From positions 1 to 50,735 of the forward strand of contig CAYUTR010000003.1 of assembly GCA_964447465.1 (NCBI GenBank): a stretch of 50,735 bases of DNA, read 5' to 3'. Positions 46,728-50,735 of the stretch are shown here, piece by piece. The position numbers were made by a program, and so were the translations under genes. Under the pieces are notes generated by a model that made no database searches, had not been told where the DNA came from, and was given only the letters and a program-made list of their open reading frames with translations. This DNA is from an uncultured Chryseobacterium sp. (GTDB lineage: Bacteria; Bacteroidota; Bacteroidia; Palsa-965). Within the stretch, counting starts at the first letter, position 1, and the number at the start of each line of letters is the position of its first letter.

Positions 46728-48998
46728 CTATTTCTCGGCGCTCAACACCTGCAACTTCCTCACGCTCCACATCTCACTCGTTACCGCCGGAGGATCTTCC
46801 GTAAAACTTCGTGTACGTGAACCATAATTGCGCATCATGTTTGTAAGCGGACTTACTGCACCCTTCGATGGGCCGCGTTCAAGCACTCCGTCTGATTTGA
46901 AAATATCGGGAGGCAGCGGCGTTTCAGAAGCTACCATGAAATACGTGTCGTACCCATATGGTTTGGAAACTGTAAACCCAAGCGGATCGCCACCCGGAGT
47001 TTTCTCCAGCGGAATTGTACGCTTGCTCTGAAATTTTCCACGGTACTCCACTTTGTTTCCGTCGCCGAGTTCCGGTCGCGGATACAACAGCACCATTTTC
47101 CCGGTTGCATCCACTGCAAACACATTGATATAACGCTGACAGTAAAATGGTTTGAAGTTGATCGTATCGAGTACGAGAATCAGCTCGAGACGTTCTCCTC
47201 CATAAACTGTTTCACCCGGCTGAACAATTCCTCCGTCCTTGTGTTTCAATCCTAAGTAGTATGGAAACTCATCGGGAGGAGAAGCAAGATTCATCCATGC
47301 ATTCAGTTTGCCGAGACGGATCGCGTAACTCGCAATAGAGTCTGCACCTTTCAAGGCCTGATCGCCGCCAATCCAGCTGGAACGTAATGGCAATCCTAAA
47401 TTAGATGCAGTATCGGTTTTAGAAACGTTCGGACGGATCAACGCATATTCTAATCTTCCGTTTGTTCTTCCCGCGATGATATAATTCGCCGACATCGGAT
47501 CGCTCGTGAAATCAATTGCAGAGTTATCTGTTCCAGCACCAATCTTCGAATGCAATGCCGCATCAAATTCTTTCGTTGGAGGAAGCTGCAGAGAAACAGT
47601 TGCGCCTTTCCGGATTTCTTTCTTCAGTTCCTTTTCATTGAGCGCAGTCAGTGTTTTGATTTTACTTTTCCCTGCCTGCGAAATCATCCAGTGATCGATG
47701 TGATACTGAATCACATATTCCGGAACAGCTTCTGTCTGATCTTTCACCTGAACACAATGTCCGGAGGTGAATAGATTTTGAACAGGCATGATTGCAGCCG
47801 TCAACTCTGAGTTCGTCATTGTTGCAGTTGGAGACCACAACAAAAGTGTGGGGCGATCGGGTGTTACCCAGTTGAGCATTTCAACAATATCTCCGGGATG
47901 AAATGAGCTGATATCGCCGGTCACAATTTTAGCAACACTGGTTCCGATTCCCGCAACGGTTACAACTTCGATTGTGTCTTTTCCATCGGGACGAGCAAAA
48001 CGGCATCCGGGATAAATCGATAATTCAAATCCGCCGCGAAGGCGAACAAATCCGTCTACAACTTCCTGCACACCTACAATCGTGCGCGTCTGCACGTCGC
48101 TTACAGCTGTTCCGAAAAGCGTAGCATTCTTCCTTGCTTCATTCGCGCCAAGAATCGGATCCTGGAATTTCGGACCGCCGTCTGATTTCAGATTCGCAAC
48201 GATGCGTGTGAAAATCATAGCCGCACTTTCGTTTGTCGTTGCGCTGTTGATTGCTTTGATGAGCGCAAGTGTAAATGCTCCGTGAGAAATTCCATCGGCG
48301 TCTACAGCTTCTTTCGCAGTCTGATCGCGTTGCGCTGCACTGAACACCAATGCGCCGCGCTCTTCAATGTTTGGCGATTTGCTATCGTCGTTCGCATCAA
48401 AGTTCAACGGTGGCGCCTGGCGCGAAATGTATTCAACCGGTAAACTGTTACCACGTGCAATTCCTCCGCTGTGACAGCAATCATAAATAATAGTGAGCGT
48501 AACTCCCGCATCAATAAATTTATTGAACAGTGGAGCAAGTTCTTTGTTGCGGATATCCCACAAGTCTGAAGGAACCATTGTCTGATCCTGTCCGGTTCCA
48601 TCGTAGGAACGGCTGTTCTTCACTTGCGATCCGTGACCGGCGTAATAAATCAGAACAACATCGCCGGCCTGTGGCATACATTTTCCGTACAGCTCATTGA
48701 TTGAATTCAGAATTCCATCGTGCGTTGCCTGTTTGTTCATGAGCGTATCGATATTCTGCTCCATGAATCCGTAACGGGCCATGCATAGTTGCTTCATCGA
48801 ACGCGCATCGTTCACACATCCCTCCAGGTTTTTCCATCCTGCACGTTCTTCTGCGCCACGAGCTGCAAATGCGGCAGGAGTTTGTTTGGTCTCTTCATAC
48901 GTATCAATACCGATGATGAGCGCGCGCTTCACACCGGCATTGAGCGTAGTGCCGAACAACACGATTGCAATTGCGAAGATGAAATTCCTGTTTTTCAT
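46728..48998 (-). CDS. Secreted caspase-family peptidase with a C-terminal DUF4384-like domain
   Basis: Signal peptide; RALIIGIDTY, LEGCVND, YYAGHGSQ, YDCCHSG, HGAFT, QDP; YINVFAVDATGKMVLLYP...PYGYDTY. Confidence 0.92.
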   Translation of the reverse strand: MKNRNFIFAIAIVLFGTTLNAGVKRALIIGIDTYEETKQTPAAFAARGAEERAGWKNLEGCVNDARSMKQLCMARYGFMEQNIDTLMNKQATHDGILNSINELYGKCMPQAGDVVLIYYAGHGSQVKNSRSYDGTGQDQTMVPSDLWDIRNKELAPLFNKFIDAGVTLTIIYDCCHSGGIARGNSLPVEYISRQAPPLNFDANDDSKSPNIEERGALVFSAAQRDQTAKEAVDADGISHGAFTLALIKAINSATTNESAAMIFTRIVANLKSDGGPKFQDPILGANEARKNATLFGTAVSDVQTRTIVGVQEVVDGFVRLRGGFELSIYPGCRFARPDGKDTIEVVTVAGIGTSVAKIVTGDISSFHPGDIVEMLNWVTPDRPTLLLWSPTATMTNSELTAAIMPVQNLFTSGHCVQVKDQTEAVPEYVIQYHIDHWMISQAGKSKIKTLTALNEKELKKEIRKGATVSLQLPPTKEFDAALHSKIGAGTDNSAIDFTSDPMSANYIIAGRTNGRLEYALIRPNVSKTDTASNLGLPLRSSWIGGDQALKGADSIASYAIRLGKLNAWMNLASPPDEFPYYLGLKHKDGGIVQPGETVYGGERLELILVLDTINFKPFYCQRYINVFAVDATGKMVLLYPRPELGDGNKVEYRGKFQSKRTIPLEKTPGGDPLGFTVSKPYGYDTYFMVASETPLPPDIFKSDGVLERGPSKGAVSPLTNMMRNYGSRTRSFTEDPPAVTSEMWSVRKLQVLSAEK

Positions 48999-49016
48999 TT
49001 TGACCTGGTTTAATTT

Positions 49017-49427
49017 CTATTCCCGGAACTTAATATACTGATCTGCAGAATTACATCCGAGTTCAGCAGTCCAGTAATAAGTGTGCCCTGTAGTTTCGGC
49101 ATAATATTTACGAACGCTTGGAATCACCCACAGCTCCCCGACTCCATAAGGGTCAATTATTCCTTTGAATACGCTGTCGACGTAAATGTTTATCCAATAA
49201 CCCGTGTAATTATCAAAGGTCACATAACAGCCGCAACTGCAATCGGTATCATCAACGGCAGAGTCCTGTGCCGGCAATTCGGTCAGGTCCGGGCTACTCC
49301 CGCGAGATGCAACAACTTCAGTTGCCTTCACATCCTGAACAACGCGCTCGCGCTTAACGCTGTCCTGCGCACGCACGGTGGTCGTGAAAAATAATGCAAT
49401 GAGAAACAGAAAGAAATAATTTTTCAT
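49017..49427 (-). CDS. Small secreted protein, paralog A
   Basis: Signal peptide; C..TFDNYTGYWINIYVD..FKG. Confidence 0.85.
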   Translation of the reverse strand: MKNYFFLFLIALFFTTTVRAQDSVKRERVVQDVKATEVVASRGSSPDLTELPAQDSAVDDTDCSCGCYVTFDNYTGYWINIYVDSVFKGIIDPYGVGELWVIPSVRKYYAETTGHTYYWTAELGCNSADQYIKFRE

Positions 49428-49566
49428 TGCGTCGGTTTTGAAATGTTACAAATATAATTCAATGCAAGCTGCATGCCGGAAAGTTACCACGTGATTCACA
49501 CTTTAGTGGTAAATGAAAAGGGCATTCAAAAATGTGAATGCCCTAATTCATTATTCGTTTAGCGAA

Positions 49567-49980
49567 TTACTCGCGGAGGTTAACCCACCAATCAGAGTAG
49601 CAATCACCGCTGTTTTCCCAGTAGAATGATCCGCCAGATGACTCAGCATACCAGCTCGTCCATCCACCATACACCCATACTTCGCCGGTTCCCCAAGGTT
49701 CAACATAACCTTTGAAGTTTCCGTCTACATAAATCTTGACCCAGTAACCAGTGTAGTTGTCGAAAGTAAGGTGACACTCACTTGCTGATCCGCGCTCAGC
49801 AGGTTTTGGAGCTACTACGTCCGTTGTAGGAACGTCGTTTTTGATTTTGTCTTTGCCGCGCGCGCCAGCCATTTTAGTAGCCTTCACGTCTTTTACAACG
49901 TGCTCTTTCTTTCCTGTCTGTGCATTCGCAACACCGAATGACAATACTGCAACAAGCAGCATAAAAATGTGTTTTCTCAT
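49567..49980 (-). CDS. Small secreted protein, paralog B
   Basis: Signal peptide; C..TFDNYTGYWVKIYVDGNFKG. Confidence 0.85.
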   Translation of the reverse strand: MRKHIFMLLVAVLSFGVANAQTGKKEHVVKDVKATKMAGARGKDKIKNDVPTTDVVAPKPAERGSASECHLTFDNYTGYWVKIYVDGNFKGYVEPWGTGEVWVYGGWTSWYAESSGGSFYWENSGDCYSDWWVNLRE

Positions 49981-50258
49981 AGTAATAGTTAGTTGGTTTG
50001 GTTATGATGTTACAACGCAAATATATATCAATCCGCATGCTGAAAACACACGGCGCTGTCAAATTCACACTTTAGTATTAGATGAAAAATCACATAGCGC
50101 TCTGTACTACTCCTTTATCGTAGAAAAACTTGCGTTAAGCTATCATTACATAACGTATACGTAGAAATACGTATATATCGTTTTGCGCTGGTGGTACGTT
50201 AATTGGTTGTAAGAAATCGTTATTTTTATACTCCTTAAAAACTTCAGACCCCAATTCA

Positions 50259-50735
50259 ATGTCACACGCACTCAGATATATATTTGTTTTACTTGCAGCA
50301 TTTTTCCTGCAGGTAAGCCTCTTTGGGCAGGATGGCGACTCCAAAGTATTTTTCCTGGGAATCGGAATTGAAAAATGTATTAACGGAACTCCGGGCAAAC
50401 CGAATGCTGTAGCCGATGTTCAGCTTGTAAAGCAGCGCACAACTAAAGATGCTGCAAGCGGAGATGTAAATTTTACGAATAATAATTCCTCGCTGATGAT
50501 CAGCAAAGCAGTGTCTTACACACTGTTTAACGATGCTGCTACGCTAAAGAACATCGATTCCATTATTACGCAGGTCATCAAACCGTTGGCTCGTCCGCAA
50601 GATGTATTCTATATCTATATCAGTGCGCAGAGTACAGGACTTCTTGGCGCTTTCAATGTACCAGCTGATCCTATTGTGCCCGGAAAGAAAACGAAACCAG
50701 GACCTCCGCAACGCATCATATTGGAAGCTTCACAC
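50259..50735 (+). CDS. Secreted caspase-like protein, partial (runs off the window); catalytic His apparently lost
   Basis: Hand-translated MSHALRYIFVLLAA...FFLGIGIE...NAVADV...ATLKNI...DVFYIYISAQS (SAQS in place of AGHG). Confidence 0.75.
   Translation, partial: MSHALRYIFVLLAAFFLQVSLFGQDGDSKVFFLGIGIEKCINGTPGKPNAVADVQLVKQRTTKDAASGDVNFTNNNSSLMISKAVSYTLFNDAATLKNIDSIITQVIKPLARPQDVFYIYISAQSTGLLGAFNVPADPIVPGKKTKPGPPQRIILEASH

Overview
This is Bacteroidota DNA, shown by type IX secretion (T9SS) C-terminal sorting domains, TAnnTTTG-type promoters and A-rich start contexts. Bases 1-33071 are an integrative mobilizable element inserted in the 3' end of a tRNA-Asn(GTT), with a 37-bp direct repeat at 1-37 and 33035-33071. 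It carries a tyrosine integrase, a MOBP-type relaxase, a VirD4-like coupling protein and a candidate oriT. Its cargo includes T9SS proteins, a vWA-PP2C-kinase-AAA-RloB operon, a STAS-like/PIN pair, and an alien block (methylase, tRNA-Thr, second integrase, zeta toxin-like gene) whose promoters are canonical sigma70, not Bacteroidota type. To the right of the island are a GIY-YIG mini-cassette flanked by tRNA tails, a pfkB kinase, more T9SS genes and a cluster of secreted caspase-family proteins. The best candidate for an undescribed system is 34740-38172. It holds two paralogous small genes carrying a C-terminal PCPP(W/Y)C motif, a stand-alone ~7-TM protein, a sensor-less histidine kinase and a NarL/LuxR regulator. 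Each small gene is preceded by an identical 43-bp double-palindrome operator, and a candidate sRNA runs divergently from one operator. This resembles an agr-like peptide-signalling circuit, and the same operator core recurs three times inside the mobile island. Family names come from motif recognition only; no searches were run.
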